Part shown: positions 28,201-43,200 of the stretch, piece by piece
Position numbering within the stretch: the stretch's first letter is position 1
Layout: the number at the start of each line of letters is the position of its first letter
NCBI RefSeq assembly: GCF_037042905.1
Contig: NC_087251.1
Coordinates: forward strand, 15,254,001 to 15,318,000
Direction: 5' to 3'
Source: Lytechinus pictus
Lineage: Eukaryota
Length of the DNA stretch: 64,000 nt
Notes under the pieces: model-generated
What the model was told of the DNA's origin: nothing
Database searches by the model: none
What the model saw: only the letters and a program-made list of their open reading frames with translations
Position numbers and translations under genes: made by a program

Positions 28201-31200
28201 ACTTCCAGGCTCATAGCTCTTACTTTGTAGCTGATCCCAATGCTCCTCAGGCAGGCAGGTCAGGTGGATCATCCACTCGGGAGAAAGAACTTGTATCAAG
28301 GTAATAAACATATTCAAAAACTTTATGTACTTTGTGGTGCATTCATTATATTTTTTATTGGATAGAATTTTAAAGTCACTGTATTTGTTTGCAGATGATA
28401 AATGAAAATGTGTTTTGATTCTGGGGTTTATAAAGCATTTTTAAATAGCACTGATTTATACAATCTAAATGCATTTGAGCCAAAAACATGTTTTTGTTCA
28501 AATGAGAGATAAATGCAAAGCTGTTTTTAAATGCATTTTAAACATCAGCTGTTTCCAGTTTCAGAGAATATCTTAGCACTGTGCCAAGTTTACAGCCACA
28601 ATACAAAAATATATATATATAGACCTTACAAAACAGCACAATGCAACCCTGCAGTGACAAGACAGGTTTACCTGTTGTGTAATGAGGTGATAAACACAGA
28701 CTTTTGAGAAATACATTGGTAAAGGTCTTTGGAAATGTAGTTTAATAGGTACAGAATCATATTTATAACTGGAAAAGCTGATTACGCAGACTTATACATG
28801 CCTATGAGAGGGACCTCCTGTGATATATATTATGTTTGTAGGGGGAGCAGAGGAGGAGGTTGGGTGAGGGGATGTTAAAGACACCATGATACCATCAGAG
28901 TATACTCTGTTTTCTTTGTATGATGTGCATTATCATTTGCCACTCTTGACTGAGGAGTGGGTTATTCTGTCTATGTATGAAATGCAACCAGCAGCCAAAA
29001 CTCATTGCCATAGACAGTGTAATGATTTTGAAAGCCACTTTCTTGACACAAAGTCATCGTGGGAATTTTTACAGAGCAGAGATTTATGATTTTACCAGTA
29101 TGAATTTAAAACTTTAACAATGTTTATGGATAAGAATTTGATTGTTTAATTATCATCAAGGATCACCCTTTAATAATAAAGTTGTAAGATGATATATTCT
29201 TCAGCTATGATATTGTCAAATCATTATAGTAGCTTTGAACAATATGCATGTACAAGTATATCTCTCAATTCATTTATAGTATATTGAAGTTGCATGATTT
29301 CATCTATATCTGGATCTGACGTGGATATCTTTGTATTACTTTTATGCCTTGAAAATGTTTCGCTTTGCGTGCTACTTTCTGCATCATGCATTTTGTATAG
29401 CTTTTATACAAGTTTATTATAGACTGGATTTTGTATCGTGTGTAGTATATTTGATAAACTCTCAAAACTGTATCCATCCAGTGTGATATTAAAAAAAAAA
29501 TTAAAGATATATTACCCCATGAATACCCCTATCTTCATTTCATTCATCTACATTAAGATAATTTTTTTTTTAATTTTTTGGATTATGTGATATCTGGGTA
29601 TATATGTTTTATATTGCCTTAGGTGCATCTTGTGTGGAGAGACAGGTGAAATGGTTTCTGGCCCAAAACTTATGTTGTTGCTTAAAGAACTCCTACTTTA
29701 GTCATTTTATTGTTATCATTTCATATAAGGAAATACTGTATTCCTCTTGTATGCCCCCACATTCCCTCTTTCCCTTGGTCCATGTCATTCAATTATCAAT
29801 CTTTCCTTTATACATATTTTGGCTCAGCTTACTTTGTTATGAAATGCTAGCTTTGTGGTTTTGCTTAAACCAAACTAATATCTCTCTCTTCATTTCTGCC
29901 CAACTAACCTTGTTTGCAATCGATCAATCATTGCCTATAGTGAGATGATGTTTATGCCCTATGCATCTCATGTGGAGAAAGCTATGGTAGCCAGGTGAGA
30001 ATATAGTGCTGCTATGTCGGGTAACTTCTTGTTTGGTGGATGGTTTTGTGTATTTAGAAGTCACCCACAGTGTTGATTATTTGTGCTTGCATGAACAGGT
30101 TGTTACAAAATTTTGTCTTTTTCCATTTGTGATTGGTTTCTCTAGCTAATAATAATAATATAGGATTTGTATAGCGCACATATCCACCTTGCTAGGTGCT
30201 CAAGGCGCTCCTATATTACCCCGGCTATGCTAGTCTGCCGATTCTGATGCGCACAGCTTTTTGAGGAATTACTTCCTGCCAGTACCCATTTACTTCACCT
30301 GGGTCGAGTGCAGCACAGTTGGGATAAATTTCTACAATTTATTTCTCTCAAAATATTATTTAGGAAAGCATTCTCTGCCAAATTGCTATTAAAGAGCCAT
30401 GATTAGACACAGGTATCATACATGAATGATTTTACCCTTATGATTTTGATTTTATTCTTGCCTGCATAGCATGAGACTATAGGTGCTGCTTTTCCGACGG
30501 CGACAGTGACAGCGGTGGTGATGGCGTCATCAACATTTAAATCTTAAGCAAAGTCAAATCTTTGAAATGTTATCATAAGTTTGAAAGGATGTGGACCTAT
30601 TTCATGAAACTTGGACATAATTGTAATCAAGTATCAACAATCGTCTTGAATGAGTTTCAGGTCACATAATTAAGGTCAAAGGTCATTTGGGGTCAGTGAA
30701 CTTTCACTATTTATGGATCTAGTTTATGAAACTTGGACATAAGGGTAATCAAGTACCACTGATCATTTTTTTACGAGCTTTAGTTCACATGATCAAGGTC
30801 AAAGGTCATTTAGGGTCAATGAACTTAGTATGTTGACATATGAATTGCGTTTTTGTGATTATTTATTTGTCTTCGTTGATTTCAGAGTCAGCGCTGCTGC
30901 TGTATTGAATTGCGTAATGCAGGCAAGACTGCCAGAGGCGTTCCACTTGTTTCTTATCTTATTTTTTTACTGTCAGTCAGCAAAATTTTGTAATGTTTTA
31001 CTGTTAAAATATGAAGAGAAATTCATACATGTATTTCAGTTCTATACAAACTTTTCCCTATAGTTTTTTCTTGTACAATCTTCCAATTTAATTGGTATTC
31101 TTGAATTAGTTAAAAATATAACATCTTTCTTTGAGCTTTAATCATGTTGTATGTCTTTTGGTGAAAGTTTGCTAATCTCTACATAAATTACTCTTCATAT

Positions 31201-34200
31201 TGTTATTCTAAGAGGATATATCAGTACATGTAGCTTTGAGTATGTTTTTTTTTTTTTTTAGTTCAAGATCATTGTTTTTAAGGATGGCTAATGTACTGTA
31301 GATTAGTGTATTCTGTTGCATTCCTGGTATGAGTTAGGAATAAACTCTTGGCCTTCATGTACATGTATGTACAAATTTATATAATCTTTCTAAATCCTGT
31401 AAAGACTATATATTAAGATTTATTCCTTTCAAATATGATATCTTGAAAGGGTGTTCTCTTCAAAATAATGCTTCTTTTGAATGCTATCAAATGAACTTTT
31501 AATAAGTCATGAAGCATATATTGGTAAAAATGTATAAAAGCTGTTACCAAACTGGTCTTTGCCAGATCCCTGCAGCACAAATATTTGCAATCAATCTCAA
31601 ATTTTAAACAACTATTTTGATTGGTTGATAATGGGTTTGTTAAATGATTTTGATTGATCATTGTCATTGTATAATTGATTGTGAAAATTTTGTGTTACTG
31701 GGCCTGAGGACAATTCTGTTTTAAACTTATAGTTAATATAGGCATTTTTCACAGAATTATATCAAATCAATAATGTTCCATTCTCATTCATTGTTATCCT
31801 TTACTTCATTTTGCATGCCTGTCACTCCATAGTGTAAGCAGGAGTACTGTATACTTGTACACAAATGTATATATATTGCTTTGTTTATCCAATATAATGA
31901 TTCTTTGTGTTATACTATGTTCTTTAATTATTGCATGCTGTAGTATACATGTAGTTTTCAATCTAGTTCCACATGAGTATTTAGCATTACTCTTCATGTC
32001 TAATAATTAATTTTTATCTCTGCATATTATGTTATGTCATATATCCAAGTCTTATTTAGAATATTAGAGGTAAATAGCCTCTCTTTGTAGTCTTGTATAT
32101 TAGAAAAAAATAAGAATGAAAATGATGGAAAATTGCTCCATAGACATCACTATTGAAACAATTTCTCTGAAAATAACAAAATCTGCTGAAATATGTATGT
32201 TTTAAGAATATAATTTTATTTACTTTGTTGTTACTGTAATTTTAATTTTTTTCTCTGAAATATATTACAAAATTATCATATCAATAGTAGTTTTTTTTCT
32301 CCAAATGTTATTCAGAAAAGTCTAATGTCAATCTAGATTATTTGCAGTTAGCTAATCTACCTCCTTTGATATATTGTAAAGAAGAAATGTACCTTTTGTT
32401 GGACTCTTCTTAAAAAAGTGTCTTCTGAAAAATGTACTGATTGCTACTATATACATTGTACATGTATGTGTTTACTTTCTGAAAATGATATAAGGTTTGT
32501 ACAGTATTAATGGATGTATAATTTTCAATATTATGTACCAAATGGATCATATTTTAATTGTGTTATTGTATATGTACTTGTAATGAATTTATTGAAAATA
32601 TAAGATGTGTGAATAATTCTGGGATTTATTAATAGATTTATAGAAAATTTAAGATGATTTGATATACACTGACAATTGACAATATATATCTTTCTTTATT
32701 TTCCAGTCTGTTCTGCAAACTTGCACAGCTTATTCGACAGAAGATCAATCTGTTTGGTGAGTGAATGAGATCATTCTGACTTCTTCATTTTTCAATTCTT
32801 CAATAATTGACAGTGTTATCAAAATAAAAAGAAGTTTTCTGTGAAAATGAAGAGGTAGTTCCGAGTACGTAGGTGTTAACCATAAGCTATACTCATGCTA
32901 TACAAATACATGTATGGTCTGTTGTAGTCATCATTGGTCCTTGTATCTATGTGTATCCATTCGGGCTACTACCCTGTCAGTGTAAGGGTTCTTTATATTT
33001 CTCCTGCCAGTGTTTTATACATTTGTGTAGTATTTATCCTATTTAATTAATTTGAACCCTAATTATTAGGAATCAAATTTAATGAAACAACTACCTCAAG
33101 GTAGCTTTGATACTATTAAGAACATTTTTTTTATGAGATACTTTGTAGCTTGGTCAATGCAATAGGCCTGTGACATAAATGCAGAGAGAAGATTTTTTAC
33201 AAGATTACTTATGGTCCCTACACATAGATTTATAGCATTCTGCACATCTGAAAAGTCATTCATTCAAAACTAATCACCTTCTTGTTAATGCCTGACTGTT
33301 CTTTAGATATTGTTACTATTTGATAAACACTAACTTGAACTTATTGGTTTTTTTTTGCAGGTCGTGACCTGCTCCCCTTCATTCGCTGTATAAGAGTGGT
33401 TGCCCAGTCAATAGATGCAAGGTATGTCCGTTTCATGTATATTACAATCCTTCTCATTCTCTCTATATCTCACACACATAGACAGACACACACACCCACA
33501 CACAATGGTTTGTGTCCTCATAGCATTGACCTAGTCATCTAATCTTAGAGAGACCTTACTTTTACAAAAGGCCAATGCATTTTCCAAAGTCTTCTGAAAA
33601 CAATGTTTTGTTATGAAATAACAGGAAAGCAAAATCTTAGTATGAAATTGTGAAAAACTGGTTACCTTCTATTTGTTATGAATATTGATTGAGGGAGATA
33701 GAGCCCAGCATTCCTTCTAAAAGAGGACTAGATACATGTAGATACAGGGTTTATCTTTACCATGACCTAGGTTAATTTATTAGAGCGCCACTAAACATTT
33801 TTCATATAAATGTGCATTCCAGAGAAATTGAATGTTAAACGGTCCCCTTTTTTCTTAATCATACATGCAACCACACACTCAAACTCTCTTCTTTATTTCA
33901 TGAATGGAAATCCACAATACATGTACCTACTCACACTGTATGTTACATTCACATCCTAAATTTGTCTTATCTGTCTTAAATCTAGCAAGTAATAGTACTT
34001 TGCTTTTCTATCACACACTTTACACTCCACAAACACGCTATATCTCTCGTATCCCCTTTTCCAGACAAAATTCAAACTTCATTTTCTGATCACACCGACA
34101 AAGTCTACACAGTAAGCACTTGCACACACACAAAATCTACTCTTCTCCCTTCTCTCTCTCTCTTTCTTTCTCTTACTATCTCCTATGTAGGATTGGTTTT

Positions 34201-37200
34201 CACTGATTGATTGCATTAAAAATTATGTTCAATCAGTTATAAAAATCATCAACTGAGTGAAGTGATCAATTGCTATACTTTGTGTTATGAAGCACTCATA
34301 TACTTCATTACATTGCTATAATAGAATTCTTACATTTTCATCCAAAGTAGAAAAGACAAATAAAAAAAAAAGAAAAATAGAAAAATAGTATGTGCAGACG
34401 TGTTGTAGTGAAAATGTATATTGATAAATAGTTAATGGTTTGATAGCTTGCAAATCAAGTGAACTGAATTGCAGATTTTAGAGAGGAAAAAAAGAGGTAG
34501 GAATTCTCTTAAAAAGCAAGCAACAGTATACAATTTTAGGTCAAGTGTGAAGGGGTTATGTTCCTACTACTTACCCTCAGGATACGTGCCCTATATTTCA
34601 TGTTATCAGTTGATGATTATTAGTCTATGTATACAAACACACACACACAGTCATTTCTTGGATCTTGTAAAGTTATATTGGCATGCACCAATGCCATGTT
34701 CAAATTAGTATGCCATAGTAGCTGTAAGACAGACATAAATCAAAGTATTTTATTGGCTTAAAACAAAGTATATCATGATTTTATTAAATTGATGACTAAT
34801 AACAAGAAACAGGAGATTGGTATATGCCTGTGCTACTAATTAACCAACTTCATTTGTTCTTAGTCCGCAGATCGGCCTTTATATTTCAGAATATATTGCC
34901 AAACTGTCAAGAAAATAAAATAAATTATTATTAGGGCAGAAGTAAAACAAAAATTCCAAATATTGTTACATCTAAAACTGTCAACATAATCCATGAGTTT
35001 GTGGGTTTTATTGTGCCTTTGATTTTTTTTATAATTTGGTATCCCTCCAATTTTTACAGATACATTTATATTATTGTATTTTTTAAAGTTATATTGCCTT
35101 AGAAATGCTGTTCCTATATAACTTTATTTAATAACTAAAGAGTTGTATATAGATGTATGTACATGTATCTGAATTTAGAACTAATACCATAGCAGTTGTG
35201 AAAAATGCATTGTACAGTTTCAGTAAAGGCATAATGCTTTAATAATAAAGGATTTTGGATTTGTTCTGCAGTTGATTAATAATACTATGTAATTTTCCAC
35301 ACAGCTCACACATTTTTATTTGTTCATCATAACCCGTTCTTTTTTCCCCCTAGAGTTCTTTGATCTTATAATTTGCTATCCCATGCACAATTTGTTTTTT
35401 TTCATCATGCTTATCTCTATCTCTGTCTTATTACAACCATAGGGTGTCTCATTCAGATGGGCGAAGGTACCGAGTGTGATTTTTTTCTTTAACGTGTGGG
35501 TTCTTTCTTCACCCCCTTTCCACCCTCCCCATTTAATTCTGCCATTTACGTTGTCAGCCATCTTCCTCATCAGCGTTGAAATGCGGCTTCGTCTTGTTTT
35601 GCCCTTTCATGCATCTCATTGATACAAAGGCCCAGTAGCACAAAGCCTAGGGATTAATTGTTGAGTTGATTTGTATGATTGATTGCTGATTATGATCAAT
35701 GCAATCAATTCTAAAAATCTGCCATGCAATCAATTGCTACGATTTATGTTACAAAGCCCAGTTATGTGTATCATCTTTTCGTAATCATTCTTGTTTTAGT
35801 TTGTTTTGCCCTCCCCCATCTTTGCATAATTCCCCCCCCCCCTCGCCATTCCCCTCCCCTCACAGTTCACCTTTAAGATTTGATTTCATTAAAAAAGCAC
35901 CCATACCACACCCATCTCTCGACCACTTCCATCATTACTTGTATAGTTTTGTGAAAAGAATTATATCAAACAGAAAAACTGGTGCTTTTGAGCACCTTTA
36001 AACTATTTTATGAACAAGACACTGTTTTTTTAACAAATGAAATGTAGATTCCTGTTCTGCTAGTTGAGTTTCTTTATCAAAATTCATTTCTCAAAGTGTT
36101 ATTTGAACAATGACAATAATTTGTAACCCTGATTTGATTTCTTCTGAAGAACTTTGCTTTAATTGTTTCAATGGTTTCCGTGTTTGATTAAATGTGAATT
36201 TGAAGGAATATATCGCAGCATCAATATGTGTTTTGCAGCATTGTAATTTACATTATCTTGTCAGTTTGAACAATAATTTTATGTGCTGTAACAATTGCTC
36301 ATTAAGTCATAATGATAATATCTTCTGTTTCTGTCATTGTTATGAATATATATAACACTGTTCCTTTACAAGTAAAGGTCTATTTCTCTTCTATTTTTAT
36401 TGATGAGTTACAGAGTTAAACAAGTTATATGGCCTCTTATAATAATAATTTTTTTAAATGTTTTCATGTTTAAAATAAGACAGAAAAAAATGTGTGTGCA
36501 TGATCTCTTCAGCTTTCATCTTTCACCGTTTGAAATTTTTTTTTCACAATGATTCTTGAATGGATCATTTTCGTCTCACTTGCACCTGATTTTTTTTATA
36601 TGTTCTTCAAATTTTCTTCAGATGTTGCCATATACAGTATCAATATAGCTGCAAATGTTTAGATAAATTCATTGTACTTTTCTCATGCCAATGTACCTGA
36701 AAATATGCATATAAATTCAAGGTAAACTAAATAATGGTACCATTGTAGTTTTTTAAGTTTCATATTAAAAAAAATATTATATAAAACAGATTCTCGTGTA
36801 GGTGGTAGATATGCATGATCATATAGATGCTTACTATAATTACTCTTAAACCATTATCTTTACCTCTGAAGCTATTTACAATGTAGTGGTCAGGGACACT
36901 TAACTTTAAATCTATTTGTACCATACTCATTATTTGAGTATATATATATATATATACTTCTGGTAATATACCAATATCAACTTCATTTGTCTTATCAATA
37001 ATGTGATATCAACATTCTTAGTCAAACTTACCATGATTATATAATGTTACGTTTTCATCAAGTACGGGATGTTTGAGTCTTCATATCATTCATAATTTAG
37101 AAGATTTTTTTCTTTTTTTCTTTGGGGGGAGGTGAAAAATACTGACTAATCACTAATCAGCGCTATATTCACAGTGAATGTACAATTTCAAAATTTTGAG

Positions 37201-40200
37201 ACATGTAAATGGTTATTGGGTTCTAGGCATTATAACAAATTTTACCTTAAAGGAGCTTAACACAATTTCTTATACAATTTGTTAATGTCCATTTATGAAA
37301 TACGAACTATGCATGTAACATTATTTTCAAAGAAGAAACACAACCTATCCATCTGTTTAATTTATTAGTTCTGTTGTGAAGCACAGTGCAGACGCCATCA
37401 AGAATGGCCTGCTAGTCTTCTTCCGCCATGCTTCTGATGACCTCATTGCTACGGTGGAATCGGTCACCTCAGGAGGGCGCTTTACACATATCAAGTCTGG
37501 TCAGGTTCACAAGCACAGCCTGGCCGTCAACTATGTTCCAGGTGTGCTGGTTCCAGTCTTGATCAGCCTCTTCCAGCATCTTGCCAGGCATAACTATGGT
37601 GCTGATTTACTTTGTAAGTTAACATTATTGAAAATTATAATGGTGATATTCAAAATAATAATTGTAATGATAACAATAGTTTGTTGTTGATAATGATACA
37701 AGTAGTGATTACAGTGTTAATTATAATAATGTATATTTAATAGTTGTATTCAGCTTCTAAATATAGGATAAAATCATGAATCCTGTATAAGATATTCATG
37801 TATGAATTTCTAGTCTAATTTTTCATGCTTAGTAATTTTAATGTGCAAATTGTGTGTATATTGTGCATGGTTTAGCAGAACTTGTAGAGTCCTACCAAAT
37901 AAATGTATAAAAGTTCAGCTCTGTTAGGTAGTTCAGCTCTGTTAAGTAGTTCATCCTGATTTTTTTTTTTTGGGGGGGGAATAAGTTCATTCATTCATTT
38001 GTAACAATAAGTATTATGATGATGAAACATGTACATTTTATTCATACATTTACAATCCTTTCAATTTTTATTTCAGTGGATCAAATCCAGGTGTATTGCT
38101 ATAGAATTCTCAGCTGTCTCTACAGGCTGGGTGCTGATCAGTCTATCTATGTTAAGAAGTAAGTCAAATCAATCAACTTGAATCATAAACCATTACCTAC
38201 TGGAACCAGGTTGTTCCTGTACAAAGCGTATGGGATTAACAGAATTCAGAAGTCAACTGGTTAAGATAAAGGTTGTCTAAATTTGTATATATTGTAAACA
38301 GATGGTAGAAAACATTCTAATGGTTATACATGTATTTGTCTTGTGAGTTTTTATTTCTTTCTTTTTAATCAACTGGAAAATTTAGCTCAAAGGGTTTTAA
38401 ATTGGCCACATCATAAAATTTCCGTATTCATTGAGCTCTAGAGCTCAAATTTTTATCTCTGATTTTGACGTAACTTCTTTGTCTTGTAATGTAATTAATA
38501 TTTCATTAACTGTTGGGTATTGGGATCTCTTTATTACTTATTTTAGTTTTATATCTGTTTTGCCATATGTTTGTAATGTTTTGCTCCATCATGTGTAAAA
38601 ACAGATTAAATTCTCAGTTTCTACTACCATGATTATCAACATCTTCTGCACTTGTGTTTAAATTTTTTATTTAAATGAGTGATTCTGCAATTGTTATCTC
38701 TAAAGGATGAAAAAATTTGTCTTTTGTTTTCTGCTTATCTAAAAGAAATAGTACGCATCAAAATAATTCTTTCTGAACCAACTCGTAAAAATACAGCTAC
38801 CTAATTCTGTAAGTGATGAAATAGCTCAAAAGTATTAACTGTATTAACTTTAATTAACTTTAATACAGATTGCTTACTGCAGCATATCCGAAAAATAGGT
38901 TCTTTTACTGTTAGTATTGAGCTATTTAGATCTATTTTAGGATGTGTTTTCTATACCAACTTGATTAATTATCTCTATTTATAGCGAGGAGGCCAAAGAT
39001 GTTGGAGAGAGGTAAAATCAGGATTGAATGCCATACATCAATAGCCTTCTTGCAGTGACTAACACCCATGATGTATATTATGTTTAATAAATGATACATA
39101 CGTTTATGTACGAAAACCATGGAAACTGGAGTTTGGTTTTTAAGATGTACGCAGATGATACACAAAAGCTGCAAAATGTTGAAAACTTGAAAATTTTGTC
39201 ATTCATGGTTTGATAATAGGACATTCTCAAAAAGCTTCTCAGTAATTTGACTTTGTAATTTCTTTATCATTTGCATCTTTTGCAGTCATTCTTTGCAAAT
39301 TATTTGCATTGCCTGTGGAAAAAATGCATTTACTTTAATTGTGATTCAACTGCACAGTGAATGGAAGATTGTGATTTCCACATAAATCTGCAATTCAACA
39401 TTTCTTATTCAGAATGCAAAAAAAAAGAAAAAAATAATTTCATGTATACTCAGGAGGGGAGGGAAAAGGGGTAGAAATAACTTTTATGACCATTGTTCAT
39501 AATTTTAATTTGTTTAGGAAGTTATAAATCTGCTGCCAAATATTTCATCCACTGTATAAAGACACAGTTGGAGTTGTGTAGTTATGGATTACAAAAGCAT
39601 ATAAATAAGGAATATATTTTAGAAGTACATGTATTTCACTATGAATTTGAATGCAGACATTAAGAGGCGACATGAGATAGAAGTTTAAAGTGTTTTCACT
39701 TCAGTTGATTTCTTTTCAGCACAATTTTATCATTGCACTTACTAATCCTCATATAAACCAGTTTGACAGTATTTGACATATGGTGCATTGTAATGAGATC
39801 CCTATCACATCATTTTGAAATCTTTGTTCCAGATTTCAAATTTTGAAATCTTAGTTCCCGATTTCAAATTTTGAAACTGCATTTAAGAGAGTATGTTACT
39901 TTTGAGCTCTAGCTTATAATTTTAGTGGATCTAAAGCAATTCCTGTCAAAGTTTTTTTTTTATTTCATTTAGTTTCCATTCCGTGAAACTTTCATCATGT
40001 ATGTTTTCAAAGTCAGTTTCAAAGTTGTATTATAGTGTAAATTGTATGCCTGCATTGTTTCATAATTCTGCATCATAGAATATATTACATACTTTCAAAA
40101 TAAAAAGTACGGTTCATACATTTGATACTGTAATTGGATTATATATATTGGATTGTAACAGTAGAGCATAATTTTTGATGTTTTGTAAAAAAAAAAAATG

Positions 40201-43200
40201 AAATTTAGAATGATTCATTGAATTTTGAATTGACATTAGAATACATTTGATTAATGATTGCATGTAATGCACATTTATACTTAGAGTATTGAATTGAAAA
40301 CTGAAAACATATCTCATCAGCCTGCTACATGTAGAATCTACTCTGAATGAAAATCGAATGATATTTACTCTGTGTGAATAAATGAATGGCCATTCATTTG
40401 AAAGCCCCTATTTACTCTTCGCCTCAGTAACACTCAATTTATTATTGTAGAATTATCCCTGTGATCAATTACTATGCTTTTTGTAAAAGAGCCCTGGACA
40501 AAATAAGATAAATTCTATGACTTGCGGCAGCATCAATAGCTGTGTAAAATCTGGACTTTATTTAAATCATACATGTACAATCTGAACTTTCATTCATATC
40601 CTATCTCTTTTAAAATTCTCAACCAAAAACACTATCACAGTTACAACTTCCACCCTTTATTTTCAGAGAATATGATTTAAGCATTTTCAAACAGAGGGTC
40701 GTACTGTAGGTTCAAACCCCAACCGTGGCATATTTCCCTTCAGCAAGTAATTTATCCATATTGTGCCACACCCAACCCTGGCTAGGTTAATTTGTACCCA
40801 GCAGGATTAATTCCTTCGAAGCATTGAGGTTTGGAACTTATATATCTTCTTCATTATTAAACATGCTTATTATATCCCGTTTGTTTTATTGATTTAATGA
40901 CTATATACACTGTAATCATTCACAATTCTAGGTTACGTCCTGCCATTGGTGAGCTCTTGGCCGCCTTCTCAGGAGCATTTCCCGTTGCCTTCCTGGAACC
41001 ACACCTCAACAAGAACAACCCTAACTCTCTGCTAGGACAGATTGAGCTAAGAGGCTCCACCGTTGAGGGTAAAGGTATATGTATCGTTGTTGCTACACCT
41101 TGTGTGAAAAGTGTTGTATTATTTAGTTTATATCTTATGGAAAGTGTTAAAGTGTACCCAGTGGAAATTTTATTGGTGTTGCCCTGTGAAAAGTCTAAGA
41201 TGTGCTGTACTGTGTTCAAGATTGCCTATTCATAATGCATCTGGAAAGAATTTCATGAAAGGATTGGTCGTATGATTTATCCGACAAGTCCGTTTTTATC
41301 TGACAGTTACCATAGTAATGGTGATTCTCAACCAATCAGAATCGAGGAAAGTTGTCAGATCTGACAACTTGATGGATAAAAATATTGATGAAACACTCCC
41401 CTTGTTTCCAAAAGAAAAGTTTGATATGCAAATTTTGACAAGTATGTGTCATATACATGTAGTACATGTTTTATATGCTATATAATGGGAAAAATTATAA
41501 ATCTACAAATTATTTTAGAAAATCTTATGGATAGCATAACAGAAACACTTTACTTTTCAAATTTCGTAGGTACTTTGGGATGATTTAAACAAGATTCTGT
41601 AAAATTATGCAAAACCTGCTATGTACTCAATTTGTAGAAAGTGTTCTCCATTTCTGTTAGCAAATTTGGTTTCCTTGTGCATGCATGTACAGTAATTCTT
41701 ATTTTGTAATATCAATATGAAATTTTGTGTATGTATATATTAAGTGTAAATATGGTCACATGTGTATTTACACTTTTCAACCCATCAATCCTTATTTGTT
41801 CCATAAATGTTGGTGGAGATAATGTAAATGTGTCTACTTTCTTACAGTACATTTTATAACAAATCCAAGGCAGTTGCTTTTCTCAAGAGAGGTCATGTTC
41901 CAAATACATGTTCATTAAAAAATTTGCCTTTTGAAAATTTTCTGATTCATTTTGAGCATTTTGACTGTACTTTCAATTGTTTGAAAAAATGTTTAACCAT
42001 GTTAACAGCAAATTACAGATGACACCTGTTAAGAACTATACTACATTGATTCCATTAAAATTGTGTCCTTTTATGAAGCAATAACTCTATTTCTCTCAGA
42101 GAGAATGTGAAGCAGTTTAGTGCCTTTGCTTTTGTAAAACTCCCACAAACCTTCATAGGAGTACTTGTTAGATGATTTCACAATCTAAATAATTCGATTT
42201 ATTTATTATATAAAGACAAAATACATACAATGGTAAAGTATGCATAAATGACACAAAATTACACATGATGAAGAATATACAGAAATGTAATACAAAATTG
42301 TGGAATTAATAAAGGAGAGACAATTTCATTTCAATGAGCTGGGTTATTGTCATATTTTGCATTTGTCTTTCTACTTAACTTCCAGATGAGCTCATCAAGC
42401 TTGCATCAGGAATCCCTACACTTCCAGCTGTTGTAACAGAGATTGATAAGATGGCAACGTCAGGAGCCAAGTACGACCAAGCTCCTCATATCATTGAGGT
42501 CATTCTCCCCATGCTCTGCAGGTAATTGATTCTCTTCAAAAGTGTAATGATTTTTCAACACTTTAAATATCTAATGCCATATTTCACCGATGTAACATTT
42601 TTTAATGTACTATAATTGTCTCTGAGGATGTACATGTAATAGATAAAATTGAAAAGTGATGACAAAATTTGCAGGATTACTGCAGAAAAGATGCAGCTCT
42701 TATTTTTGGTAAGGTTTCTTAACTAGTTATATGTAAAAAGTTGTTGAAATGTCAAGGTTGCAGTTTCTATACTTTTGTTGACATTGGTAAGTTTACATTG
42801 AATTTTTTCTCATAAAATGACATATTAGTTTCTCTTTTATGTGTTGCATTCCAAAGTCTAGAATTCTGAATTTGTAAAGGGACCCCTTTGCTCCAATAGA
42901 CAATGGATTAGGAATTGTAAGCAAGATCAATCAAGCAACACAGTTCAAGACAATATCTGATATGTCTTCTCTATTTCTTCTCTCAGCTATCTGAATTACT
43001 GGTGGCAACAAGGACCTGATAACATCTGTCGCAGACAAGGGTGAGTTCTTAATAATGCTACATGACCTAGGCTCTGTGGAATAAAAGATGAAATAACTTG
43101 TACAGTTTATCTTAATCTAAGGCTGTGGCAAACCACGTATAAAAAAGTTACAACTAATTGTTCTCCTTTATATTACCAGGCCCTGTATTTGATACCAATA

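Noticed and set aside
29623..29645. 23-nt AG…GT segment (VHLVWRD)
   Set aside because: Not a multiple of 3. It fits only through a non-canonical GC donor after 28250, and has no RyR similarity.
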